The position numbers and the translations under genes are program-made. Shown one piece after another: positions 1 to 7,372 of a stretch of DNA of 17,903 bases. Location: NCBI GenBank assembly GCA_036337435.1, contig JAYZEG010000003.1:1-17903 (forward strand), in the 5' to 3' direction. A model generated the notes under the pieces. The model was given only the letters and a program-made list of their open reading frames with translations, was not told the DNA's origin and searched no databases. Each line of letters opens with the position of its first letter. The stretch's first letter is position 1. This stretch comes from Myxococcota bacterium. GTDB taxonomy: Bacteria; Myxococcota_A; Bradymonadia; UBA7976; UBA1532.

Positions 1-170
1 CTGACGGTCGATTTATACGCGCACCCGATGATGACTCGACGGGCGTTCTCGGTGTGCTCAGGGCCGCTCAAAGCCCCTGCGTGCTTGATTTTCACTCTCT
101 AAATAGAAAATGTCGTGGGCTAAATCCATTGTTCTGCTGTATACTTTCGCGACGATGGGGGTAATTCATT

Positions 171-1061
171 ATGAAGAAGACCAAATCAAGGTGTTCTATC
201 CGGCCTGCGCTTGTCCTGTTGTTGGGCTTGTCTTTGAGTTGTGCGAATGCTGATGAAGACATTGCTACACAATCCATTGGTGAACAAGGGTCCGGAAAAG
301 CGGACGGGGTAGAACAGGGTAATGAGGTTGAGGTGCCCGACGGTGCCGACGTTTTGGCTGACCAATATGCGTTGATCATTGATACCTGGTTGAAAACGGC
401 GGAGAACGATGACGATGATGAACCCCAGGAATGGCGCGCTCAACTTCGGGCTCGTTTAGAACGGTATTCGTCAGATACGACCACCGATGTTGTGATCACA
501 CCGTGCAGCGTTATCTTGCCTGAAGTTGATGGCCGGACAGTCGAAATGGAGTCGAGCGGTTTACGAAGTATTCGGTCTCAACCCATCCGAGCATCGTTGG
601 CAGTGACGGAATCAGGTCTCGAGTTCGCGACCGTACCTGGTGCATTGGTTGCTGGTGTTGACTTGAAGGATCCCGTCACCGACGAGATGCCAACAAGCGA
701 TCGCGACGACCGATTGGTTGATATCGACGGCGATGGGCGTCCTGCCATGACCATCAGTATAGATGGGTTTTCTGTTTATGTCGGTCTGCGATACCGCTTC
801 TCCCTCGATGGGATACTGGACGCAGATCAAGCAGCGTCAGGCGATGCCGCCGTTCGAATTGACTTGGAGGTCTATGGCGATAGCGTCCCATTCGTGAATA
901 TCAAGAACCGACTCGATGAAGCCCTCGGCAAACTTGACTTACGTGATGAAAAGCATGCATTTCGAATGGAGCCCCTAGCTCCAGAAGATGCGAATTGCGA
1001 GTCCATTTCAATCCTTGACCATACCCATACATTTGCAGACATGAGCAGCTCTGACGAGTAA
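171..1061 (+). CDS. Hypothetical exported protein, probable lipoprotein, acidic, with a DxDxDG Ca2+-binding-like loop
   Basis: 296-aa ORF. Basic N-terminus and hydrophobic stretch ending LSLSC (lipobox-like), a low-complexity acidic linker, and the motif DIDGDGRPAMT. GGGGG lies about 10 nt upstream of the ATG as a possible RBS. Confidence 0.8.
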   Translation: MKKTKSRCSIRPALVLLLGLSLSCANADEDIATQSIGEQGSGKADGVEQGNEVEVPDGADVLADQYALIIDTWLKTAENDDDDEPQEWRAQLRARLERYSSDTTTDVVITPCSVILPEVDGRTVEMESSGLRSIRSQPIRASLAVTESGLEFATVPGALVAGVDLKDPVTDEMPTSDRDDRLVDIDGDGRPAMTISIDGFSVYVGLRYRFSLDGILDADQAASGDAAVRIDLEVYGDSVPFVNIKNRLDEALGKLDLRDEKHAFRMEPLAPEDANCESISILDHTHTFADMSSSDE

Positions 1062-1192
1062 CCGCACATCGGTCTCTCTACAATGAGGTGAGGAAATCAC
1101 TTTGGCAGGAAAACAGCTACCCAGACGGTTCCCGTTAGCGGTTCTCCGCTGTCAAAACACTGTCTCGCCGGTCCGTTAACACGGGGCTGGAC

Positions 1193-2581
1193 ATGAACAT
1201 CGCCCTCCGTCTTTCTCTGGCCATCTGTCTTTTTGCTTTCGGGTGTGGCCGAATCACGAGTCAAGCTCAATATATTTCTGTCGATGCGACAAACCGGGGA
1301 GGGACTGTACATTCTGCGGACGGAATCGAGCTCGGAAAAACGCCTTTCTTCGCAAAAATCAAGCGAACCCGACGTCTCTACCTGGTCTCGGATGGTGCTG
1401 ACCAGAAAAAGCATTGGAGTGAGACTCGATGCCGTTACGCTTGGCTCGGATCACCGATGGAGAATATGCCCCTCGCTCTGTTGGCAGCACCATTGGGCGG
1501 CCTCGCCTTTTTGGGTGTTTGGGCTGGATCGCTCGGCGTGGATTGGTGGACTGAATCTGCCTATGAGTGTCCGCTTCGCGTGATGGTTAAATCGCAACCG
1601 GGTGGTCCGGAATGTCGACGGTATGCGATCCATATCTCCTCTGGTTTTGCCGCAGAGACCCGCGACGCGTTAATCAAGCACTGGCAGGATGCCTTCATGG
1701 ATAAGGGTCACTGCGACACGGTAATCCATGCAAAGCAAGTCTCACCCTGGGTAAGGCGTTTGGCCCTTGATTGGAATGCCATTCAAGAGGTCAAAAACGA
1801 GCCTGAACGGTGGTATCGATTTGGTTATGAGACAGGTGCAACCCATGCCATCAGACTTAAAGTCGAGAGTCGACAAGGCCAGCGCCATCGATTGCTATCC
1901 GATGCGACGGACCTACACACCGGCGGCTATGAAACACAAGCACCACTTGTTTTAGATGGTCAATTGGCCAATGGAGCTGAGGCTAAGTCGACCTTTGTTG
2001 GATTCCTGAGACGTGGTCTGACTCTCTTGCCTGAAAGCATCGCTCTCTCGGGCCAGTTGCGTATCATTTCCAATCAGCGAGACTCGGCCACATCGAACGA
2101 CGAACGGGGTCGCTCTCGCATTACGGCGAAAATATTGAGCGTGTCCCATCCCGATGCATTTGAAAAATGGGACTATGATTTTAGTTTTGGCCCTGGATTT
2201 GGATTTGATGTCTTCGAGTCATTTACACTAAACGGTCAAAGCGACGACGCCCGTTTTAGTCGTTTAAGTATTTTCGGCTTAGGCAGCCTGACAGGTCACA
2301 CGCCCATGGGTGCACTGTCGCTCGGAGTTGGCGTAGGGGCGGGCTATTACCATTTTGGCCGACAGACGTTACAGACGCCCCATCGCTGGACCCCAGAGGT
2401 CGTCGCCCACGTATCCTACACAGCTTTTTTAACGGAAACCGTCTTCTTTAGATTGTTCACCGAGGAGATCCAACCGTCTGACAGCATTGAAAGGCTAGGC
2501 GTCGCGAAAATAAGGGATTCTGGGTTCATGTTTGGCTATTATTTTCAGAGTATTGACCAAATTGTTCGAGGGATCTTTTGA
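1193..2581 (+). CDS. Putative outer-membrane lipoprotein: PEGA-like N-terminus, CsgG/LpoB/TolB_N-like alpha/beta middle domain, C-terminal beta-barrel-like region
   Basis: 462-aa ORF. Lipobox-like LFAFGC; PEGA-like ISVDATNRGGTVHSADGIELGKTPF; segment FGYETGATHAIRLKVE...LLSDATDLHTG; alternating Gly/aromatic strands near the C-terminus (YDFSFGPGFGF, LSLGVGVGAGYYHF, FMFGYYF). Domain names are inferred from patterns. Confidence 0.75.
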   Translation: MNIALRLSLAICLFAFGCGRITSQAQYISVDATNRGGTVHSADGIELGKTPFFAKIKRTRRLYLVSDGADQKKHWSETRCRYAWLGSPMENMPLALLAAPLGGLAFLGVWAGSLGVDWWTESAYECPLRVMVKSQPGGPECRRYAIHISSGFAAETRDALIKHWQDAFMDKGHCDTVIHAKQVSPWVRRLALDWNAIQEVKNEPERWYRFGYETGATHAIRLKVESRQGQRHRLLSDATDLHTGGYETQAPLVLDGQLANGAEAKSTFVGFLRRGLTLLPESIALSGQLRIISNQRDSATSNDERGRSRITAKILSVSHPDAFEKWDYDFSFGPGFGFDVFESFTLNGQSDDARFSRLSIFGLGSLTGHTPMGALSLGVGVGAGYYHFGRQTLQTPHRWTPEVVAHVSYTAFLTETVFFRLFTEEIQPSDSIERLGVAKIRDSGFMFGYYFQSIDQIVRGIF

Positions 2582-2616
2582 GTCGAACCAAGCCGAAGGC
2601 AAAGGGGGTGTTGGTC

Positions 2617-3744
2617 TCATCCCAGTTCTGTTGATATGGTGTCCTTTTCTCCGAATGGAGCATAGTCGGACAGCATAATTCTCGGGTTCGATACCAGTCG
2701 ATGTGTCGAATGAACAAGCCCACATAATCGCAACTTATCAGCTTTACCCCGAACAGCGATTTCTTCGACTGGAACCGCATGAATAGACTCGGGCATTTCA
2801 GCGAGGCGAACCAGTCGTGAAGAGGCCATGACGTTGAAATCGAACTGGCGACAGGCATCCTCAATGCGCTTGGTCGTGTTAATCGCATCGCCCAGCATGG
2901 CGATCTCAACGCGGAGGTCGCCGAGCTCACCGACCATAACCTGGCCGACGTGCATGCCGTATCTAAACCTCGGCGTATCGCCATAGCGCTGCTCGAAGTA
3001 GGGCCTTTGTTCCCGGAGGGCCTCCATCATCGCGAAGACACATTGTACTGCTTTTGTCGTATTTTTAGAGGGCCATGTGATGATGATTTCATCACCGACG
3101 TACCGATAAATTTCACCGCCATGTTGTATGATGGGCTGCGTGAGCTGAAAAATTGCATCGTTTAGAAAACGCATAAATCCGGCATCACCGATCTCCTCGG
3201 TTAAGCGCGTTGAGCCGATAAGGTCCATGAAAACGATGGTCCGCTCTTCTTTTCTTGGCTTCATATACAGGCCGACGAACAGCCTCCATAAGATCCCTTT
3301 ACCGATAAGTGGACTTGCTTTGTACGCGACTAACAAAAGCATGCCCAGGCACATGGTCAGAATGAAGGAACCACCAAAGTCAGCATCGAGGGCATAGGGG
3401 TTGCCAGGTATATGGAACGCCAAATACGTACATTGCCGACCCATGAAAATACCGAGTCCGATACTGGTTGTGTAAAACGCCAGCCGAATTAAGATCACGA
3501 GGCCAAGTGGAACCCGCCGTACACGCCACATGAGTGAACCGCGGTCAAACAGAGTCTCCAGACCACCAATGGCAGCACCAGCAGAGAGACCCGTTATCAG
3601 TCCCCTCAGGGCACCTGCACCAGGGGGATAGTTGGCCATCAACCCAATTCCAACACCTGCGAGAACGCCGAAAATCATGCAAATGAGTACGATCGCTCCG
3701 AGGCTTGTTAGAATTTCCCTAGCGCGTGGCTGCAGCACCTGCAT
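2617..3744 (-). CDS. Membrane-anchored class III nucleotide (adenylate/guanylate-type) cyclase
   Basis: 375 aa with about 4 N-terminal hydrophobic helices, then the cyclase homology motifs FMDLIGST, YVGDE, GMHVGQVMVGELG, GDAINTTKRIE (NxxxR) and VRGK. GGGGA lies immediately upstream of the ATG on the minus strand. Confidence 0.93.
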   Translation of the reverse strand: MQVLQPRAREILTSLGAIVLICMIFGVLAGVGIGLMANYPPGAGALRGLITGLSAGAAIGGLETLFDRGSLMWRVRRVPLGLVILIRLAFYTTSIGLGIFMGRQCTYLAFHIPGNPYALDADFGGSFILTMCLGMLLLVAYKASPLIGKGILWRLFVGLYMKPRKEERTIVFMDLIGSTRLTEEIGDAGFMRFLNDAIFQLTQPIIQHGGEIYRYVGDEIIITWPSKNTTKAVQCVFAMMEALREQRPYFEQRYGDTPRFRYGMHVGQVMVGELGDLRVEIAMLGDAINTTKRIEDACRQFDFNVMASSRLVRLAEMPESIHAVPVEEIAVRGKADKLRLCGLVHSTHRLVSNPRIMLSDYAPFGEKDTISTELG

Positions 3745-3942
3745 TCCCCGATGGTTGTCCAGGCAAGGCGTCGCGTGGGTAAACCCGAGCTATCTGATCC
3801 CGACAATCTTTGCTCGATGCGACCTTACGAATCCCTTGCTAACATGCTTTGTCAAACATGTGCAGTGCATAAGATATTCAATGTTTATTTTTAGTTTCAG
3901 TCCGAGTGTGCCAGGTTTCGCTTAAAACCCTCATCTACCCGG

Positions 3943-4782
3943 TTAACGAGACACCGGCTCAGGCTGTATCATACAGGTTAATTGGGTCCAGACCGCCCAA
4001 TCCTGTACCTGCAAAACCGTACACCGTTCAAATCGAAAACGGCGACCAAGTTTTGGCGTCTTTTTTGAGTCTTCAGCGGGCGCTTGCATATAGATGGTGA
4101 GTCGGGATTGTCCACTCTTCACTTCCAAGCGCATACATCGGGGAATGAGTTGTCCCACTGGACTCAATAAATAGCACTTGGTTTTCGTCAGTACCAGTCC
4201 GGTGCCTCGGAGTTGGGTGTTGAGTAGGGACTTTGCGTTGATGGGCTCGTTTTTCCGTTTTGCCGTCTTTAGCTTGCGAGCGAGTTGGGTCCACTCGCTG
4301 CGCTGTATTTCGGTGGCAACTTGAGTGTCGAGGTCTAGGAGCGAGTGCCCCGGTCGCTCGAAAAGCTTGGTTTGTGCCTCAGCATCGCAGAAACTTCGGG
4401 TCGCAAGTCCCCAGCGAAGGACATCCAGGCCAACACACTTTTCGACCGTGACATGCGTCCCGAGTTTTGCTTTCGCATCGGCTGTGATTTGTTCGGGTGT
4501 ATAGACGATCATCGAATGTCCACCGACGCCTCGGATGGAGAGCACGTTGCAATCGGCTCTGTGACGTTTAGACCGATTGACAACATCGCATGGACGGGTC
4601 TCTACGAGCAGTCCACTCGCGTCGACCGGCTGCCCGACGATTTGACTCCTGAGTTGCTCTAAGTCTTTCCCATCAGGTGCCGACGTACTGATAGATGAAG
4701 GCCACTCAACTTGGGCTATCGCTGTCGTGGCAACGAACAAAGAGCAGACAGTAAGGAGAGTGCGTGCGGTCGCGGTAAACAA
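3943..4782 (-). CDS. Secreted hypothetical protein with two tandem 4-Cys beta-rich (possibly OB-fold-like) domains
   Basis: 279 aa. TTG start 8 nt after AAAGG; Sec signal peptide ending AIA-Q; internal duplication with identical Cys spacing (C65/78/116/132 vs C203/216/254/270). Confidence 0.8.
   Translation of the reverse strand: MFTATARTLLTVCSLFVATTAIAQVEWPSSISTSAPDGKDLEQLRSQIVGQPVDASGLLVETRPCDVVNRSKRHRADCNVLSIRGVGGHSMIVYTPEQITADAKAKLGTHVTVEKCVGLDVLRWGLATRSFCDAEAQTKLFERPGHSLLDLDTQVATEIQRSEWTQLARKLKTAKRKNEPINAKSLLNTQLRGTGLVLTKTKCYLLSPVGQLIPRCMRLEVKSGQSRLTIYMQAPAEDSKKTPKLGRRFRFERCTVLQVQDWAVWTQLTCMIQPEPVSR
3970..4650 (-). repeat. Protein-level tandem duplication (about aa 45-133 and 183-271) within the 279-aa ORF
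   Basis: Both copies follow GL..C-x12-C..L..Y..KLG..E[KR]C..LxVxxW..C with an offset of 138 aa. Confidence 0.85.
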
Positions 4783-4818
4783 ACAATGGGCCTTTCGAGG
4801 ACATAATTGACTGGCATG

Positions 4819-5409
4819 CTACGTCTTATAGTCAGCTTCGTAAAGAACGGTCTGCGCCTCCTCCAATGCCATATTCATTGCGCGTTGGCAGACATCAAAA
4901 GACAATTGCCTGCGGGCCAAGGCTGCCATTTGCTTGCGGCGTTGCGTCCAATCGAGTTCGCGGGGGTGGAAAGGCCCAAATCGTCGTTTTCTCAAATAGC
5001 GAAGGGCAGCGATTAAATCTGCATCGTCGACGCGCCCTTCAAATTGAGTTAGGAATTGCTCGACGGCCGTTTGGATCGTGTCCGCGTCGAAGCCTTTGCG
5101 ACGAAGCTTCGCCTTGACGGTTCTTATGCTATTGCCGCGCCGGTGATAGCTTCGGGCCAGAGCGTTCGATAAGGCTTGGTCATCGAGTAAACCAACGCGT
5201 AGACAGAATGCCTCGGCAGCTTGCACCCATTCGGCGAGCTGCGCGTCGTTTGGAGGAGTTGGGTGCTCATAGCGCTTCAACTTTTGTCGCATGATGGACT
5301 TGTAGCGAGACCGACTGGCTGGGAACCTTTGCAGGTAATGGACGGCCATCCGTTCGACCATTTGATAGGTCACAGGTTTCCGCTTTTTTCGTTGTCGAGA
5401 CTCAGTCAT
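4819..5409 (-). CDS. recX: RecX family regulatory protein
   Basis: 196 aa with three helical RecX-type repeats: AVHYLQRFPASRSR..LKR; GLLDDQALSNALARSYHRRGNSIRTVKAKLRRKGF; AALRYLRKRRFGPF..RKQMAALARRQLSFD. The start ATG overlaps the upstream stop (ATGA at 5406-5409). Confidence 0.9.
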   Translation of the reverse strand: MTESRQRKKRKPVTYQMVERMAVHYLQRFPASRSRYKSIMRQKLKRYEHPTPPNDAQLAEWVQAAEAFCLRVGLLDDQALSNALARSYHRRGNSIRTVKAKLRRKGFDADTIQTAVEQFLTQFEGRVDDADLIAALRYLRKRRFGPFHPRELDWTQRRKQMAALARRQLSFDVCQRAMNMALEEAQTVLYEADYKT

Positions 5410-7271
5410 TGCGGACTCGGCGTGGGCGGCTGGGTTCGCGCTTTGCTTGGCTTGCGAGACGGCTCATTTTTTTGAAGTTGTTGAAGTCGGATGCACGCCT
5501 TCGAATACCCACGTCGACACGCGCTATCGAAGAGTATACGCGCTCTTGATGGGCTGGTTTTTCCGAATTGGCCAATAAGGAGCATCTCTGCCAACGTGTA
5601 ACAGGCGAGTGAGCGTTGAGCCTGGCATGCAAAGTACAGCTTCTCCGAGGCCTGTTTGAATTGTTTGGGCGTTTTTGCGGTCTCGTACATGACCATGCCG
5701 AGCTGCTCGCAGCCTTCTCGGTCCGCTCGATCACAGGCAATTCGACTCAGTTGCCGACGCAATTTAATTTGACTGGGCTGTTGTTTGGCCAAGTCGGCGG
5801 CTCGTCGATTGCAGACCGACGTCAGTCCCGATTTACACGCGGTTAAGATCAGGTCATCTCCTCGGGTTTTCTCATTGCTGTTGGCTTTTTTTAGGACGTT
5901 AAAACCGAGTGCCGCACATTCATCTTGTAAGCCATATTCACATCCTGATTGGTGAATCTCCACGGCATTTTTTTCGCATTCATCTGGGCGGGAACGTGAG
6001 TTTGGTACTCGACAGATTTCGTTCCACTTCGCCACAAATCGTCCGCAGCTGGCGTCGTCTGATTTACAGGCGTCCTCCAGGGTCTCTAAATGTGCAATCG
6101 GCTCAATGTTCAGTGGGAATCGTATAATCACAAACAAGGCGACAAGGGCGGCGATGCTCAGGACGGTGATGGGCCCCGATCCCCCGCCTCGATGCACCGG
6201 GTCAATGGGTTGCTCTCGCGCTGTTTTCTCGAGAGCCGGGACAATCAGGCCCAGAATGGGAAACGGGAGAAAACAAGAGAAGTAGGTCAGCTGTTGGCCC
6301 CAGGGCAGGCCTCCGTAGGTCCATAGTGCTTCGTATGCGCAGCAGGACAACACGCCAAATAACAGACCAAATCCCAGTTGGCCGCTCCGTGTCATAGGTC
6401 CGCTGCGTTCATCAGGCACTAGAATGAGGATGGTCAGCACGATACTGATCGGAATTGGGGTGTCGAGAAAGAAACCTGCGCCCGAGCCGAGTCGCCAGCA
6501 CGCGTCGACCAAGAGTGTGCCGCCCAAGGCGCCGATGGCCGTTGGCAAAACAGGCCTGACTCTGTACGTCAAGAAACCGATGAGCAGCAAAGCGACGAGA
6601 ATTAACTCTTTATCGCCATCTGACCGGCCCAGGGTCGCGTCCCGCACAACGTCGATTCCGGGACCAAAGATGAGAACGCCCGAAAGGATCGCCAGAACCA
6701 AACCCAGAACGTTAAAACGTGCTACAGCGCGCTGTGTTTGAAGTGTCAACACTGTTTGCGCACTGACCGCGAGGGCCAGCATGACTAATTGGAGTGCCCA
6801 CCATTGGTCTTTGAACCAGATGAAAAAGCTCAGGGTGAGAACGATGACCAAGGGCATCAAGTCGAATCGATACAGTGTCCGTCGTCGCCATTGCATACCC
6901 ATGGCAATGAGGTATGCAAATGGGATTTGGAGTAGAAAAAGAAGTCCGTCATCCCTGCTTATTTCTCGGGTGTATGTCCAGTAAACGCCCAGCAACACCA
7001 AAGACAGGGCTCTCATCGAGAGGGTGCTGTTTTTGATGAATTGAACGCTCTTTTCCGTTTTTGAGTCGCCACGACTAAATAAACCGACCAGGGCGATGGC
7101 GAGGGCAGTCAGCGAACTGACTAAAGTGGTCACCAATAGCTGGATCTGGCCCAAGACTTTTGGAATGACGAGTCCGGCAAGGAGTAAGCCGAAGAGACTC
7201 AGGACGGCGACCAGCGGCTGCTGACGACCCGTTCTGACGGGTTTAGATTGATTTGCAAGGCCCATACCCAC
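5406..7271 (-). CDS. Polytopic membrane protein of RnfD/NqrB/UnbU-like type fused to C-terminal Cys-rich Sel1-like repeats
   Basis: 621 aa; start is GTG 7271 or ATG 7265. More than 10 hydrophobic segments. FIWFKDQWWALQL, RFNVLGL and LVPDERSGPMTRSGQLGFGLLFG resemble degenerate FNP and TDPxTSP..G...FG motifs. The C-terminus has Sel1/HcpA-like units (ACDRADREGCEQLGMVM, ACQAQRSLACYTLAEML, ARILFDSACRRGYSKAC). Confidence 0.8.
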   Translation of the reverse strand: MGMGLANQSKPVRTGRQQPLVAVLSLFGLLLAGLVIPKVLGQIQLLVTTLVSSLTALAIALVGLFSRGDSKTEKSVQFIKNSTLSMRALSLVLLGVYWTYTREISRDDGLLFLLQIPFAYLIAMGMQWRRRTLYRFDLMPLVIVLTLSFFIWFKDQWWALQLVMLALAVSAQTVLTLQTQRAVARFNVLGLVLAILSGVLIFGPGIDVVRDATLGRSDGDKELILVALLLIGFLTYRVRPVLPTAIGALGGTLLVDACWRLGSGAGFFLDTPIPISIVLTILILVPDERSGPMTRSGQLGFGLLFGVLSCCAYEALWTYGGLPWGQQLTYFSCFLPFPILGLIVPALEKTAREQPIDPVHRGGGSGPITVLSIAALVALFVIIRFPLNIEPIAHLETLEDACKSDDASCGRFVAKWNEICRVPNSRSRPDECEKNAVEIHQSGCEYGLQDECAALGFNVLKKANSNEKTRGDDLILTACKSGLTSVCNRRAADLAKQQPSQIKLRRQLSRIACDRADREGCEQLGMVMYETAKTPKQFKQASEKLYFACQAQRSLACYTLAEMLLIGQFGKTSPSRARILFDSACRRGYSKACIRLQQLQKNEPSRKPSKARTQPPTPSPQ

Positions 7272-7372
7272 AATATGGCATTGTTTTACGTCGAAAAAAA
7301 AGCATCTCGAGGAGGGGCCGTTGAAAGACCCGAACAGGGGGCTTTGGCGTCCGCAAATGGAGGGGATTCAGC

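Noticed and set aside
1..100. Possible partial CDS at the left edge (plus frames 1 or 3, or a minus-strand GTG/TTG start)
   Set aside because: Several frames are open over this short stretch and none gives a recognisable motif, so strand and frame cannot be chosen.
137..152. CTGTATAC as a LexA half-site or TATACT -10 box
   Set aside because: No matching ACAG half-site and no credible -35 at 16-18 nt.
1086..1150. GTGA-N5-TCAC palindrome and AGCGG-TTCT-CCGCT hairpin between the first two genes
   Set aside because: The spacing is one base short of a CRP site (N6), the stems are short and there is no U tract; not distinguishable from chance.
2617..3744. Pycsar or other cyclase-based anti-phage system
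   Set aside because: No adjacent cNMP-binding TM/TIR effector or other defence genes; the cyclase has its own N-terminal membrane anchor, typical of signalling cyclases.
5406..7271. Functional Rnf/Nqr respiratory complex or enediyne cluster
   Set aside because: No other rnf/nqr subunits, PKS or UnbV-like genes in the window, and the key motifs are degenerate.
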